DNA of 32,000 nucleotides from Aliivibrio fischeri ES114 (GCF_000011805.1 NC_006840.2); one strand, 5' to 3'; shown: positions 8,795 through 18,812, counted from the stretch's first letter. Numbers and translations are program-made. The notes: generated by a model not told the origin, from the letters alone.

Positions 8795-9979
8795 CTAATT
8801 ATGAAATAAAACGGTTGATACCATTAAGTTACCGTGAGCATTTTCCCCACCAGTAAAACGACCTTGTTCACCAAACGTAAATGGGCAAATATAAGGAGCT
8901 CCATGCATTGCCGCATTCACAGAATCACAGACATCTAACATAGAGGATTTAATGTGCATCATTGAACCGGCACAAAAAATATTAATGCCACCAATTGGAA
9001 CAAATTTCTCTTGTTTAAAATTCGTCGCGGAGTCAATGACCCGTTGAGGTCGTGATATGATTTGATCTTTTTCTCCATACATAACAAATACTTCTTCGCC
9101 TTCATATATATTAGCGAAGCATTCAATCCCTCCGTCATTCGTTATCTTAGTTGGATGTGCCAATTTAAAGTATGGAATATCATACATATAACCTGCAATA
9201 CGTCCGAATGGGTATTGAGCCATGTTTTCTAATAAATTAGTTTTTTTGTTTAACAAACAAGACATATTCGTCCACTCTTTATAAACCTCAAGAGCCGGAC
9301 GATTATCTATTTCATAAATGGTTCGTTGGTCAGTTTTCGTAGCTATGCCAGAGACATTTGAAGGTGCGTAACCCGAGTGAAATGAGTAAGAAACTTTACA
9401 AGAAGGATAGAAAACTGAAATGGAAATACCGCTTTTCACACAACCATCCTGAGTAAAGACACTCCATAAGCCTTGGTTATGATTATCTGCGGCAGTTCCC
9501 CCAATAAGTGGAACTGGAGAGCCAAAAAAAGTATCAATAACTGAAATTATTTTTTCTTCATGGCCTGAAGTTGCGTGTAATAATACTAATGAAGGTAATT
9601 CCCCTTCTCTACCACTATCTTTAATTGCTTCTTCTAATAAGTGGATGGTTAATGACTCTATATCATAGTGAGAAACAAATTGGCTGATACTTGTTCCATA
9701 GCAACCTAAACCGGAATCGAAAATTCCCCATACCGCTATGGAGTGGTCATCAGCAAATCCCTGATCGGTCATTATCCCTTGGCAAGACGTACACCCATGA
9801 ATTTTACTAGACGGAAACTGACTTTTTAGTGTCGAGATGATCGTTTCTTTATTATGTCTCTCAGTGAAATAACATAAAATTAAATTTGGAGCAGATTGTT
9901 CAGTAGCCATATTTCGAATACAGTCATATACGGCATCATATGAATTGTTTTTTTGCGAAACGCCACTAATTATCTTCAA
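8795..9979 (-). CDS. FIST-domain protein, candidate NosP-type sensor
   Basis: 394 aa; FIST N and C organisation (GCTSCQGIMTD..., LPSLVLLHATSGHEEKIISVIDTFFGSPVPLIGGTAADN, CPFTFGEQGRFTGGENAHGNLMVSTVLFHN); TTG start preceded by GGAG; co-oriented and nearly abutting the hybrid kinase. Confidence 0.8.
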   Translation of the reverse strand: MKIISGVSQKNNSYDAVYDCIRNMATEQSAPNLILCYFTERHNKETIISTLKSQFPSSKIHGCTSCQGIMTDQGFADDHSIAVWGIFDSGLGCYGTSISQFVSHYDIESLTIHLLEEAIKDSGREGELPSLVLLHATSGHEEKIISVIDTFFGSPVPLIGGTAADNHNQGLWSVFTQDGCVKSGISISVFYPSCKVSYSFHSGYAPSNVSGIATKTDQRTIYEIDNRPALEVYKEWTNMSCLLNKKTNLLENMAQYPFGRIAGYMYDIPYFKLAHPTKITNDGGIECFANIYEGEEVFVMYGEKDQIISRPQRVIDSATNFKQEKFVPIGGINIFCAGSMMHIKSSMLDVCDSVNAAMHGAPYICPFTFGEQGRFTGGENAHGNLMVSTVLFHN

Positions 9980-10076
9980 AATTGCTCCAAATAGTCATAT
10001 TTATATGCATATTCTACATATTTATGTTCGAGCGATTGATTTTTGAACGTTATCTATTTAACCCTATGAAAAGAAA

Positions 10077-10532
10077 TTATTTTTTTGCAGTAAATGTGAT
10101 TTCTTTACTTTTTCCATCTGCTGTAATCACAACTAACCATTCCATTTCATTATGTTTACATTTAGGAACAAAGGTTGAATAAGACGCTACATCATCGCTC
10201 TTTAATTCTTTTGTGAATTTCAATATGCCCATATTCATGTCGACACCTTTCGCTTGAAGGTTAAAGGCAAGATCCTCACCTTTAATGTTAACAATCATTT
10301 CGGCATTTTGTTGTATCGGTCTTGAAGCAACATCAATAATGATTTGATTATTATCAATATTAATCAAACATGCTTGTTTCGTTACATCACATATATTTGA
10401 TAATTCACTATCCGATGTTAAACCACTTTCAGGAACGTAGGTAATTGTTCTCCAAGTAAATGCGGCGATTAAGACAAATAATAAGAAAATAAGTTGAAAT
10501 AAACGGGGGCCTGTTAACTTTTCCACTGCCAT
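10077..10532 (-). CDS. Small membrane-anchored periplasmic protein of unknown function, divergent from ccoN
   Basis: 151 aa; N-terminal TM (LFQLIFLLFVLIAAFTW), soluble domain with Cys pair ICDVTKQAC, DMNMG and VPKC; good ORF with position matching a hypothetical gene next to ccoN in vibrios. Confidence 0.65.
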   Translation of the reverse strand: MAVEKLTGPRLFQLIFLLFVLIAAFTWRTITYVPESGLTSDSELSNICDVTKQACLINIDNNQIIIDVASRPIQQNAEMIVNIKGEDLAFNLQAKGVDMNMGILKFTKELKSDDVASYSTFVPKCKHNEMEWLVVITADGKSKEITFTAKK

Positions 10533-10803
10533 AGTTGTAAAAACCTTTGTTATCTAGTTCAAAAAAAGAGAAAAAATGTTGCTTAACCGTAAATTTAATG
10601 TGGCGACCAACTGTCATTCAATTTTTAAGTGAAGTATCATTGATGCCGAAAATGCCATTTTTGCATTAAAAAAGGATATTTCAAAATAAAAGAGTCACAA
10701 ATTTAATTATTTAGAAATAGAATTTTGGATGGCATTGCGGACATTATTGTTCGCACTAAGGAAAGTAAAGTGTAGTTAATAATAAAAGTGGAAGCATGCA
10801 ATT

Positions 10804-12234
10804 ATGAGCCAAGTACAGCAGCATGAACAAAACTACAACTATACCGTTGTTCGTCAGTTCTCTTTAGTTACCATACTTTGGGGTATTGTTGGCATGGGTG
10901 TAGGTGTACTAATTGCCGCTCAGTTAGTTTGGCCGCAACTAAATTTCGACACACCATGGCTAACGTATAGCCGTTTGCGCCCTCTGCATACCAATGCAGT
11001 AATCTTCGCATTCGGTACAAGTGCCCTGTTCGCAACATCTTATTATGTTGTTCAGAGAACTTGTCAAACACGTTTGTTTGGTGGTCCATTAGTTGCGTTC
11101 ACCTTCTGGGGATGGCAAGCAATTATTCTAGCAGCAGCAATTACGTTGCCTCTAGGTATTACATCAGGTAAAGAATATGCCGAATTAGAGTGGCCGATTG
11201 ATATCGCTATTACACTAGTTTGGGTTGCGTATGCTATCGTATTCTTTGGAACCTTGTTTAAACGTAAAACATCTCATATTTACGTAGCTAACTGGTTTTT
11301 TGGAGCCTTCATTTTAACCGTTGCTGTTCTTCATATTGTGAATAGTCTTGCGGTTCCTGTATCTCTAACAAAATCGTATTCAATGTACTCAGGTGCGGTC
11401 GATGCGATGGTTCAATGGTGGTACGGTCATAATGCGGTAGGTTTCCTTTTAACTGCAGGTTTCTTAGGTATGATGTATTACTTCGTACCGAAACAAGCTG
11501 AACGTCCAGTTTACTCTTACCGTTTATCTATTGTTCACTTCTGGGCATTAGTTTCTCTTTATATCTGGGCTGGTCCTCACCACTTACATTACACCGCACT
11601 ACCTGATTGGACACAGTCGCTTGGTATGGTGATGTCATTAGTCCTATTCGCACCATCATGGGGCGGCATGATTAATGGTATTATGACGTTATCTGGTGCT
11701 TGGCATAAGCTTCGTTATGACCCTATCTTACGTTTCCTAATTGTTTCTTTGTCCTTCTATGGTATGTCGACATTTGAAGGCCCAATGATGGCAATTAAAT
11801 CTGTAAATGCCCTATCTCACTATACTGATTGGACAATTGGTCACGTACACTCTGGTGCTTTAGGTTGGGTTGCAATGGTTTCAATTGGTTCTTTATACCA
11901 CTTAATTCCTAAGCTATTTGGTCAAGAACGTATGTACTCTGTATCACTAATCAATGTTCACTTCTGGTTAGCAACAATCGGTACCGTTTTTTATATTGTA
12001 GCAATGTGGATTTCTGGTGTAATGCAAGGCTTGATGTGGCGAGCAGTAAATGCTGACGGTACATTAACATACAGCTTTGTTGAATCATTAGAAGCATCAT
12101 ACCCATTTTACTTCGTTCGCTTTATAGGTGGTTTAATCTTCTTATCAGGAATGTTCTTACTTGCATACAATACATATAAGACCATTACTGCTCCGAAGAA
12201 CAGCCTTAAAGCAATTCCACAACCGGCACAATAA
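10804..12234 (+). CDS. ccoN: Cytochrome cbb3 oxidase subunit I
   Basis: 476 aa; HCO family; [55 protein letters not shown]. Confidence 0.97.
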   Translation: MSQVQQHEQNYNYTVVRQFSLVTILWGIVGMGVGVLIAAQLVWPQLNFDTPWLTYSRLRPLHTNAVIFAFGTSALFATSYYVVQRTCQTRLFGGPLVAFTFWGWQAIILAAAITLPLGITSGKEYAELEWPIDIAITLVWVAYAIVFFGTLFKRKTSHIYVANWFFGAFILTVAVLHIVNSLAVPVSLTKSYSMYSGAVDAMVQWWYGHNAVGFLLTAGFLGMMYYFVPKQAERPVYSYRLSIVHFWALVSLYIWAGPHHLHYTALPDWTQSLGMVMSLVLFAPSWGGMINGIMTLSGAWHKLRYDPILRFLIVSLSFYGMSTFEGPMMAIKSVNALSHYTDWTIGHVHSGALGWVAMVSIGSLYHLIPKLFGQERMYSVSLINVHFWLATIGTVFYIVAMWISGVMQGLMWRAVNADGTLTYSFVESLEASYPFYFVRFIGGLIFLSGMFLLAYNTYKTITAPKNSLKAIPQPAQ

Positions 12235-12246
12235 GGAGACCATGTT

Positions 12247-12858
12247 ATGAGTTCTAATCGTCATGAAATCATAGAAAAAAATGTTGGTCTTCTTGCGGTT
12301 CTTATCGTTGTTGCTATCAGTTTTGGTGCATTAGTTGAAATTACGCCTCTAATTTTCCAAAAACAGACAACGGAACCGGTAGAAAACCTACGCACTTATA
12401 CTGCGCTTGAAATGGAAGGCCGTGACATCTATATCCGTGAAGGTTGTAATGTTTGTCATAGCCAGATGATTCGTCCATTCCGAGCTGAAACAGAACGTTA
12501 TGGTCACTATTCTGTGGCTGGTGAAAGTGTTTGGGAACATCCATTTTTATGGGGTTCTAAACGTACAGGTCCTGACTTAGCTCGTGTTGGTCAACGTTAC
12601 TCTGATGAGTGGCACCGTGTTCACCTTATCAACCCTCGTGATGTTGTTCCTGAATCAAATATGCCTGGCTTCCCTTGGTTGGAAGAAAACGTACTTGATG
12701 GTGAACTAACATCGAAGAAAATCGCCATTTTCCGTGATAACTTTGGTGTTCCATACACTGAAGAAGACGTGAAAAATGCTTCAGAAGAAGTAAAAGGCAA
12801 GACTGAAATGGACGCATTAATTGCATACCTTCAGTCTCTTGGACATGCAATGAAGTAA
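12247..12858 (+). CDS. ccoO: Cytochrome cbb3 oxidase subunit II (mono-haem)
   Basis: 203 aa; [15 protein letters not shown] CxxCH haem motif. Confidence 0.97.
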   Translation: MSSNRHEIIEKNVGLLAVLIVVAISFGALVEITPLIFQKQTTEPVENLRTYTALEMEGRDIYIREGCNVCHSQMIRPFRAETERYGHYSVAGESVWEHPFLWGSKRTGPDLARVGQRYSDEWHRVHLINPRDVVPESNMPGFPWLEENVLDGELTSKKIAIFRDNFGVPYTEEDVKNASEEVKGKTEMDALIAYLQSLGHAMK

Positions 12859-12868
12859 GGAGGTCCCT

Positions 12869-13054
12869 ATGGACGCTGGTACTATTCATGCAATTTGGAC
12901 GGTCATACTGTTTTTAAGCATGGTAGGCATTATTTTCTGGGCATACAGTAAAAAACAAAAAGCACGCTTTGACGAAGCTGCGAATTTAGTTTTTGCTGAT
13001 GAGGAAGAAAATACTACTTCAAGCAACAAAACGACAGGAGTTGACAAACAATGA
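12869..13054 (+). CDS. ccoQ: Cytochrome cbb3 oxidase subunit CcoQ/FixQ
   Basis: 61 aa; single TM; preceded by AAGGAGG; overlaps ccoP by ATGA. Confidence 0.9.
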   Translation: MDAGTIHAIWTVILFLSMVGIIFWAYSKKQKARFDEAANLVFADEEENTTSSNKTTGVDKQ

Positions 13055-14022
13055 GTACTTTTTGGAGTCTCTGGATAAGTGTCATTACCATTGGTACGTT
13101 GGTTGGTTGTGCTATTTTACTTCGATTCTGTTTAAAAAATACGACAGGCATTGAAGAAGGCGAAGACATGGGCCATGAATACGATGGTATTCGTGAGCTT
13201 AACAACCCATTACCAAAATGGTGGTCTTATCTTTTTTGGGCAACACTAATATTCTCGATTGTGTATTTAATCCTTTACCCGGGATTAGGTAACTTTAAAG
13301 GAGTGTTAGGTTGGACAAGTTCGGATCAAACCGTTCGAACAATTGAAGAATCTCGTGCATCTATTGAGCGCTCTCACAAAGAGAAAACATTGGATCAATT
13401 TGCACGAGAACTGGACGATGCAAATACGAACTTTGGTGAAACCTTTTCAAAACTTGCATATAAACCAGGAACGTCTGATTTCCGTGAAATTACAGACATA
13501 GCTAATGATGATGAAGCATTAAAAGTTGGACAACGTCTATTCTTACAAAACTGCTCTCAGTGTCATGGTTCTGATGCTCGTGGCATGATTGGCTTCCCTA
13601 ACCTAACGGATACAGCATGGTTATATGGTGGCGAACCGCAAGCTATCAAAACAACCATTATGGAAGGCCGTATTGGTAACATGCCAGCTTGGGGAGACGC
13701 TTTAGGTGCTGACGGTGTAAAAGAAGTTGTTTCTTATACGCTTAGCTTATCAGGCCGTAAAGTAAACGCTAAAGAAGCAGCAGCAGGAAAACAACGCTTT
13801 GTTGTCTGTGCCGCTTGTCACGGTACAGATGGTAAAGGTAACCCTGCATTAGGAGCACCTGACCTTACTGATCAGGACTGGCAATTCGGTGATTCACGAG
13901 CTGCTGTAACTGAAACTGTGACTAATGGTCGTCAAGGCGTTATGCCTGCATGGAAAGACGTATTAGGTGAAGAAAAAGTACAACTTCTATCTGCTTACGT
14001 TTGGAGCTTAAGCAACAAATAA
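13051..14022 (+). CDS. ccoP: Cytochrome cbb3 oxidase subunit III (di-haem)
   Basis: 323 aa; NNPLPKWWSYLFWAT; two haem motifs CSQCH and CAACH. Confidence 0.97.
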   Translation: MSTFWSLWISVITIGTLVGCAILLRFCLKNTTGIEEGEDMGHEYDGIRELNNPLPKWWSYLFWATLIFSIVYLILYPGLGNFKGVLGWTSSDQTVRTIEESRASIERSHKEKTLDQFARELDDANTNFGETFSKLAYKPGTSDFREITDIANDDEALKVGQRLFLQNCSQCHGSDARGMIGFPNLTDTAWLYGGEPQAIKTTIMEGRIGNMPAWGDALGADGVKEVVSYTLSLSGRKVNAKEAAAGKQRFVVCAACHGTDGKGNPALGAPDLTDQDWQFGDSRAAVTETVTNGRQGVMPAWKDVLGEEKVQLLSAYVWSLSNK

Positions 14023-14030
14023 AATAATAA

Positions 14031-14058
14031 AAGCCTCTGTATCATCAGAGGCTTATTC
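14031..14058 (+). terminator. Terminator between ccoP and ccoH
   Basis: AAGCCTCTG-tatcat-CAGAGGCTT hairpin with interrupted T-rich tail. Confidence 0.6.
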
Positions 14059-14104
14059 TTTTCTTATTCGTTTTGAATAAGAGTCTTTTATAGGAATTAT
14101 TACT

Positions 14105-14584
14105 ATGCCTCAACCTTGGTATAAGCAGTTCTGGCCTTGGTTTCTCATTATCCTTCCAGCCACTGTTGTCGTTGCATGTATTTCAACATTTGTTCTTTTT
14201 GTCGAAAATGATGTTGATCTTGTTGCTGAAGATTATTACAAAAAAGGAAAAGCGATTAATGTTGATCTTTCTAAGATTAAAGTCGCTCAAGAGCTATCTA
14301 TTCACGCTCAAGTTCGTAACCTTAATAACGTTATTGAAATAAAGTTAGATAAAGGTAAGTTAGAACATAACCCAGCAATTAAAGCTATTTTTACTCATAG
14401 AACATTACCAAATCATGATTTTTCGCAAGTCTTAACTTCTGATGCGAAAGGCATTTACCGCATTACATTACAAGAACCTATTACCGGCCCTTGGTTTATT
14501 GAATTACTACCACATGACAGTTCATGGATGGTTCAAGGCCGAATTAACTTCCCTAGCAAAGACTTTTTCCCTTTAGGTAAATAA
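14105..14584 (+). CDS. ccoH: FixH/CcoH family cbb3 biogenesis protein
   Basis: 159 aa; PQPWYKQFWPWFLIILPATVVVACISTF N-terminal anchor; EEDYYKKGKAIN motif. Confidence 0.88.
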   Translation: MPQPWYKQFWPWFLIILPATVVVACISTFVLFVENDVDLVAEDYYKKGKAINVDLSKIKVAQELSIHAQVRNLNNVIEIKLDKGKLEHNPAIKAIFTHRTLPNHDFSQVLTSDAKGIYRITLQEPITGPWFIELLPHDSSWMVQGRINFPSKDFFPLGK

Positions 14585-14602
14585 TTAAAATAAGTAGACC
14601 AT

Positions 14603-16981
14603 ATGTCGAAGGAATGTTACCACTGCAATGAGCCTGTACCATCAGGCTCAAATTTTCATGTTGATATCTTAGGTGAAACTCGTGATATGTGTTGCCCAGG
14701 CTGTGAATCAGTAGCGCAAACTATCGTTGAAAATGGCCTGTCTTCTTATTATCAATATCGTACAGCTCCAGCAGATAAAGCAGATCTAATCCCTGAACAA
14801 TTAAAAGCACTTACTCATTATGATCATGAAGAAATTCAAAAAGAGTTTGTGAGAACAAATGATAATTATCGTGAAGTGACATTGTCACTTGATGGTGTAT
14901 CTTGTGCAGCATGTGCATGGCTAATTGAAAAACAACTTTCAGCTGCTAAAGGCATTCATCAAATTAAAGTGAATACTTCAACACATCGCGCATTGCTTAG
15001 TTGGAATCCAGAAGAAACTGAGCTTAGCTCCCTACTTACTTTAATTCATCAACTAGGCTATAAAGCAGCTCCTTTTGAAGCAGACAAACAAGAAGAAGAA
15101 TATCATCGTTCGATGAAGCAATATTTATATCGTTTAGGTATTGCTGGATTAGCCACAATGCAGGTAATGATGCTTGCTGTTGCTCTTTATCTTGAAGTAT
15201 TTGGTGATCTCGACGAAGAGTTCCGTAATTACTTACGCTATGTCAGTCTGGTTTTTGCAACGCCAGTAATGCTTTATTCTGCCTTACCATTTTACATGAA
15301 TGCGTGGCGTAGCCTTAAAGCACGAACATTAGGTATGGATGTCCCTGTTTCAATTGCTATGTTATTTGCTTATTTTGCAAGTGTCGTTGCAACTGTGACT
15401 GAAACGGGAGAGGTTTTCTTTGAATCTGTGGCGATGTTTACTTTCTTCTTATTACTTGGTCGCTTTCTTGAAATGCGTGCGAGAAGAAAAGCCGCAGCAA
15501 TTACAGGTAACCTCCTTAAACTTATCCCAGTAATGGCAACGTTATCTTCAGGAAAGCGAGTTCCGGCTCGTACATTAGATATAGACGATATTGTTGTTGT
15601 TCCACCAGGTGAACACCTTCCAGCTGATGGTATTGTTATTTCAGGAACAAGCGCTATTGATGAATCCATGTTTACCGGTGAATCAATGCCAATTGCAAAG
15701 AGTGAATCCGATACAGTTTATGCAGGTACGATCAATGGTGATGGCAACCTAACCATCAAAGTTACCAAAACAAAAGCAGACTCGCTCATCTCTAATATTG
15801 TGAAACTGCAAGATGAAGCGCAAATGTCCAAACCAAAAGTGGCAGAAATCGCCGATCTTGTTGCTCGCTATTTTGTTGCTGGAATATTGATAATCTCTGC
15901 ATTTACTTGGTTCTATTGGCATGAAACAAAACCAGATGACGCCTTTTGGATTATGCTTTCAGTACTTGTTGCAACCTGTCCATGTGCCCTTTCATTAGCC
16001 ACTCCGACAGCCATTACCTGTTCCACATCACGCTTAGCTCAATTTGGACTGATGTTACGTAGAGGACATGTTCTAGAAACGTTATGTAAAGTAAATCGTC
16101 TAGTTATAGATAAAACCGGAACTTTAACCGAAGGTAATATTCGCTTAGTTAAGGTGAATACATTCATTAATACGACTGAAGAAGAATGCAAAGCGCTTGC
16201 TGCAGAACTTGAATCTTTTGCTAATCACCCAATTGCACAAGCATTTTCATCATTTAGAAAGCCTGAAACTACCTATTTTGAGCGTGTTGAAAATGTTATT
16301 GGCTCTGGACTCATTGGCTATCACAATAACAGTGAATGGAAAATTGGTCATAAAGCGTTTGCAGCTCCGTCAACTCAAATTGCCGATGAAGATAACTATC
16401 AAGTTTGGTTATCTAAAGATAATCAAGTTGTAGCTGCATTTTCACTTGATGATCCAATAAGAAAAGAGAGTAAAGAGTTTATTGATGCTTTGCATAAGTT
16501 AGGCATCAAAATAACTATGCTTACTGGAGATAGTAGCTCTGCAGTATCTAAAGTTGCCAATGAATTGGATATTGATACAGTCGTTTCTGGCGCTTCTCCG
16601 CAAGGAAAATTGGAATATCTCACCTCATTACCAGAGCATGAAATTAGTTTAATGGTTGGTGATGGAATAAATGATGCACCGACTTTGGCTGGCGCTCATT
16701 TATCCATAGCTATGGGATCAGGAACTGATGTCGCTAAAGCTTCTGCGGATATGATTTTACTTGGCGATCAACTAACACGATTAATTGATGCTCGAGAATT
16801 AGCGATGAAAACACGTAAAATTATTCGCGAGAACTTAGCTTGGGCTTTAGGTTACAATGCAATCATTCTACCACTTGCTGTTATGGGATTAGTTGCACCA
16901 TATATTGCCGTTATCGGAATGTCTGGGAGCTCTATTATTGTAGTAACTAACTCATTGAGGTTATTAAAAGAAAATGGCTAG
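14603..16981 (+). CDS. ccoI: Cu-translocating P-type ATPase CcoI/FixI
   Basis: 792 aa; N-terminal Cys-rich domain (CYHCNEPV...MCCPGC), CAAC HMA motif, CPC (VATCPCALSLATP), DKTGTLTEG, MVGDGINDAPTL. Confidence 0.95.
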   Translation: MSKECYHCNEPVPSGSNFHVDILGETRDMCCPGCESVAQTIVENGLSSYYQYRTAPADKADLIPEQLKALTHYDHEEIQKEFVRTNDNYREVTLSLDGVSCAACAWLIEKQLSAAKGIHQIKVNTSTHRALLSWNPEETELSSLLTLIHQLGYKAAPFEADKQEEEYHRSMKQYLYRLGIAGLATMQVMMLAVALYLEVFGDLDEEFRNYLRYVSLVFATPVMLYSALPFYMNAWRSLKARTLGMDVPVSIAMLFAYFASVVATVTETGEVFFESVAMFTFFLLLGRFLEMRARRKAAAITGNLLKLIPVMATLSSGKRVPARTLDIDDIVVVPPGEHLPADGIVISGTSAIDESMFTGESMPIAKSESDTVYAGTINGDGNLTIKVTKTKADSLISNIVKLQDEAQMSKPKVAEIADLVARYFVAGILIISAFTWFYWHETKPDDAFWIMLSVLVATCPCALSLATPTAITCSTSRLAQFGLMLRRGHVLETLCKVNRLVIDKTGTLTEGNIRLVKVNTFINTTEEECKALAAELESFANHPIAQAFSSFRKPETTYFERVENVIGSGLIGYHNNSEWKIGHKAFAAPSTQIADEDNYQVWLSKDNQVVAAFSLDDPIRKESKEFIDALHKLGIKITMLTGDSSSAVSKVANELDIDTVVSGASPQGKLEYLTSLPEHEISLMVGDGINDAPTLAGAHLSIAMGSGTDVAKASADMILLGDQLTRLIDARELAMKTRKIIRENLAWALGYNAIILPLAVMGLVAPYIAVIGMSGSSIIVVTNSLRLLKENG

Positions 16982-17150
16982 TTTATATTTATTAATCCCT
17001 ATCGCGATCATGCTGGTTTGCGTCGCTGTCGCTATTTTCATCTGGGCAGTAAAAAGCGATCAATTTGAAGATTTAGATAGACAAGGTTCCGAAATCCTTT
17101 TTGATGAAGAGACGAAAGCCTCAGTAAAAGATAAAAAAAATGAACATTGA
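16974..17150 (+). CDS. ccoS: cbb3 oxidase maturation protein CcoS, 58 aa (not in supplied ORF track)
   Basis: Translated by hand: MASLYLLIPIAIMLVCVAVAIFIWAVKSDQFEDLDRQGSEILFDEETKASVKDKKNEH*; overlaps ccoI stop by 8 nt and next start by 11 nt. Confidence 0.92.
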   Translation: MASLYLLIPIAIMLVCVAVAIFIWAVKSDQFEDLDRQGSEILFDEETKASVKDKKNEH

Positions 17151-17814
17151 TTTTGTTGCTGCATTTTTTGTGGGCTTAATGGGTGCTGGGCACTGCATAG
17201 GTATGTGCGGCGGGATCTCTGCAGTAATTTCCATGAACGCTTCTACTAGCCGCTTTCCTAAGTGGCAATTTATAGTTTGTTACAATATTGGAAGACTCCT
17301 TTCTTACTCTATTTTTGGAGCTGTTATTGGTGGTGTTTTTGTGTCGATAGCCAGCGCAAGTCAAAGTTATAGTGCATTAGCTTATTTACGTATATTTGCA
17401 GGTTTACTAATGTGTTTACTTGCACTTTATATTGCAAACTGGTGGAAAGGCTTAGTTTATATCGAACTATTAGGTAAAAAATTATGGCACTACATCTCAC
17501 CTCTTACTAAGCCACTATTGCCTCTAAAAAGCCCATTTCATGCGGTTCCGTTCGGTTTTCTTTGGGGTTGGTTGCCTTGCGGATTGGTTTATTCCACACT
17601 AAGTTGGGCTGCAGTTTCTGGAAATGCCATTAATGGCTCACTATTAATGCTTTCATTCGGATTAGGAACTTTACCAGCAATGTTACTTGTCGGTCTTGGC
17701 GCAGAAGCACTAAAAAAATGGTTAAATCATGTTGTTACCAAAAATATTAGTGGATTGCTGTTAATGGGCTATGGTCTTCAAACGATATATATTGCGCTAA
17801 ATCAATTAAGTTAA
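17140..17814 (+). CDS. Sulfite exporter TauE/SafE-like integral membrane protein linked to cbb3 maturation
   Basis: 224 aa; FFVGLMGAGHCIGMCGGI and FGFLWGWLPCGLVYSTL motifs; translationally overlapped with ccoS. Confidence 0.85.
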   Translation: MNIDFVAAFFVGLMGAGHCIGMCGGISAVISMNASTSRFPKWQFIVCYNIGRLLSYSIFGAVIGGVFVSIASASQSYSALAYLRIFAGLLMCLLALYIANWWKGLVYIELLGKKLWHYISPLTKPLLPLKSPFHAVPFGFLWGWLPCGLVYSTLSWAAVSGNAINGSLLMLSFGLGTLPAMLLVGLGAEALKKWLNHVVTKNISGLLLMGYGLQTIYIALNQLS

Positions 17815-17875
17815 TCGCAAAATTTTTGCATAGTCTTATTTTTATGCTACCACTTTAGTGCGACTTAGTTTAAAA

Positions 17876-17889
17876 TTGACCTATATCAA
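17876..17889 (+). promoter_or_regulatory. FNR box upstream of fnr
   Basis: TTGACctatATCAA against consensus TTGATnnnnATCAA (one mismatch). Confidence 0.7.
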
Positions 17890-17909
17890 ATATAAGAGCA
17901 TTGAATGAG

Positions 17910-18662
17910 ATGATGTCAGATAACTCAGCAAACAAACGAATTCAGTCAGGCGGTTGTGCTATTCACTGTCAAGATTGTAGTATCAGTCAGTTATGTATCC
18001 CATTTACTTTGAATGATTCTGAATTAGATCAGTTAGATGAGATCATTGAACGTAAAAAGCCTATTCAAAAAGGCCAAGAGCTATTTAAAGCTGGTGATGA
18101 ACTGAAGTGTTTATACGCTATACGTTCAGGCACAATCAAAAGCTATACGATCACAGAACAAGGTGATGAGCAGATCACTGCATTCCATCTAGCTGGTGAT
18201 CTCGTTGGTTTTGATGCAATTACGGAAGCTCAACACCCTAGTTTTGCTCAAGCTCTTGAGACATCGATGGTATGTGAAATTCCTTATGAAATCTTAGATG
18301 ATTTATCAGGAAAAATGCCAAAACTTCGTCAGCAAATCATGCGCTTAATGAGTAATGAAATTAAAGGCGACCAAGAAATGATTCTTCTTCTATCTAAAAA
18401 GAATGCAGAAGAACGTTTAGCGGCATTCCTTTACAATCTATCAACTCGTTTTCATCAACGTGGCTTCTCTCCAAGAGAATTCCGTTTAACAATGACACGT
18501 GGTGATATTGGTAACTACCTAGGTTTAACGGTTGAAACAATTAGCCGTTTATTAGGTCGTTTCCAAAAAACTGAAATGCTAACAGTAAAAGGCAAATACA
18601 TCACAATCAACGATCATGATGCCCTAGCTGAGCTTGCCGGTTCTGCGAAAGAAATTAAGTAA
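17910..18662 (+). CDS. fnr: Oxygen-responsive transcriptional regulator FNR
   Basis: [21 protein letters not shown] Fe-S cysteines; DNA-binding [25 protein letters not shown]. Start is ambiguous (TTG 17901 or ATG 17910/17913). Confidence 0.97.
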   Translation: MMSDNSANKRIQSGGCAIHCQDCSISQLCIPFTLNDSELDQLDEIIERKKPIQKGQELFKAGDELKCLYAIRSGTIKSYTITEQGDEQITAFHLAGDLVGFDAITEAQHPSFAQALETSMVCEIPYEILDDLSGKMPKLRQQIMRLMSNEIKGDQEMILLLSKKNAEERLAAFLYNLSTRFHQRGFSPREFRLTMTRGDIGNYLGLTVETISRLLGRFQKTEMLTVKGKYITINDHDALAELAGSAKEIK

Positions 18663-18682
18663 ATCGTAAAAATTACTGCTTT

Positions 18683-18722
18683 TAAAAAGTGAGGTATATC
18701 TCTTGATGTACCTCACTTTTTT
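18683..18722 (+). terminator. Terminator after fnr
   Basis: AAAAGTGAGGTA...TACCTCACTTTT with T-run. Confidence 0.85.
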
Positions 18723-18812
18723 GCATCTAACTTCCCCACTTTCACTCCCTAACTGCTACAGTATAGATAACAGAACAGTTTTATGAATTTGGTTTTTACC
18801 AAGGAGGTTAGT

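Noticed and set aside
9982-10182. ORF 9982..10182 + (66 aa, hydrophobic start)
   Set aside because: Antisense to the better supported 10077..10532 gene with no clear RBS or family features; likely chance.
12341-12889. Antisense ORFs within ccoO/ccoQ
   Set aside because: Opposite strand to strongly identified cbb3 subunits; typical shadow ORFs.
15370-16623. ORFs nested in ccoI (15370..15669 -, 16197..16433 +, 16423..16623 -)
   Set aside because: Inside a complete P-type ATPase gene with all motifs in order.
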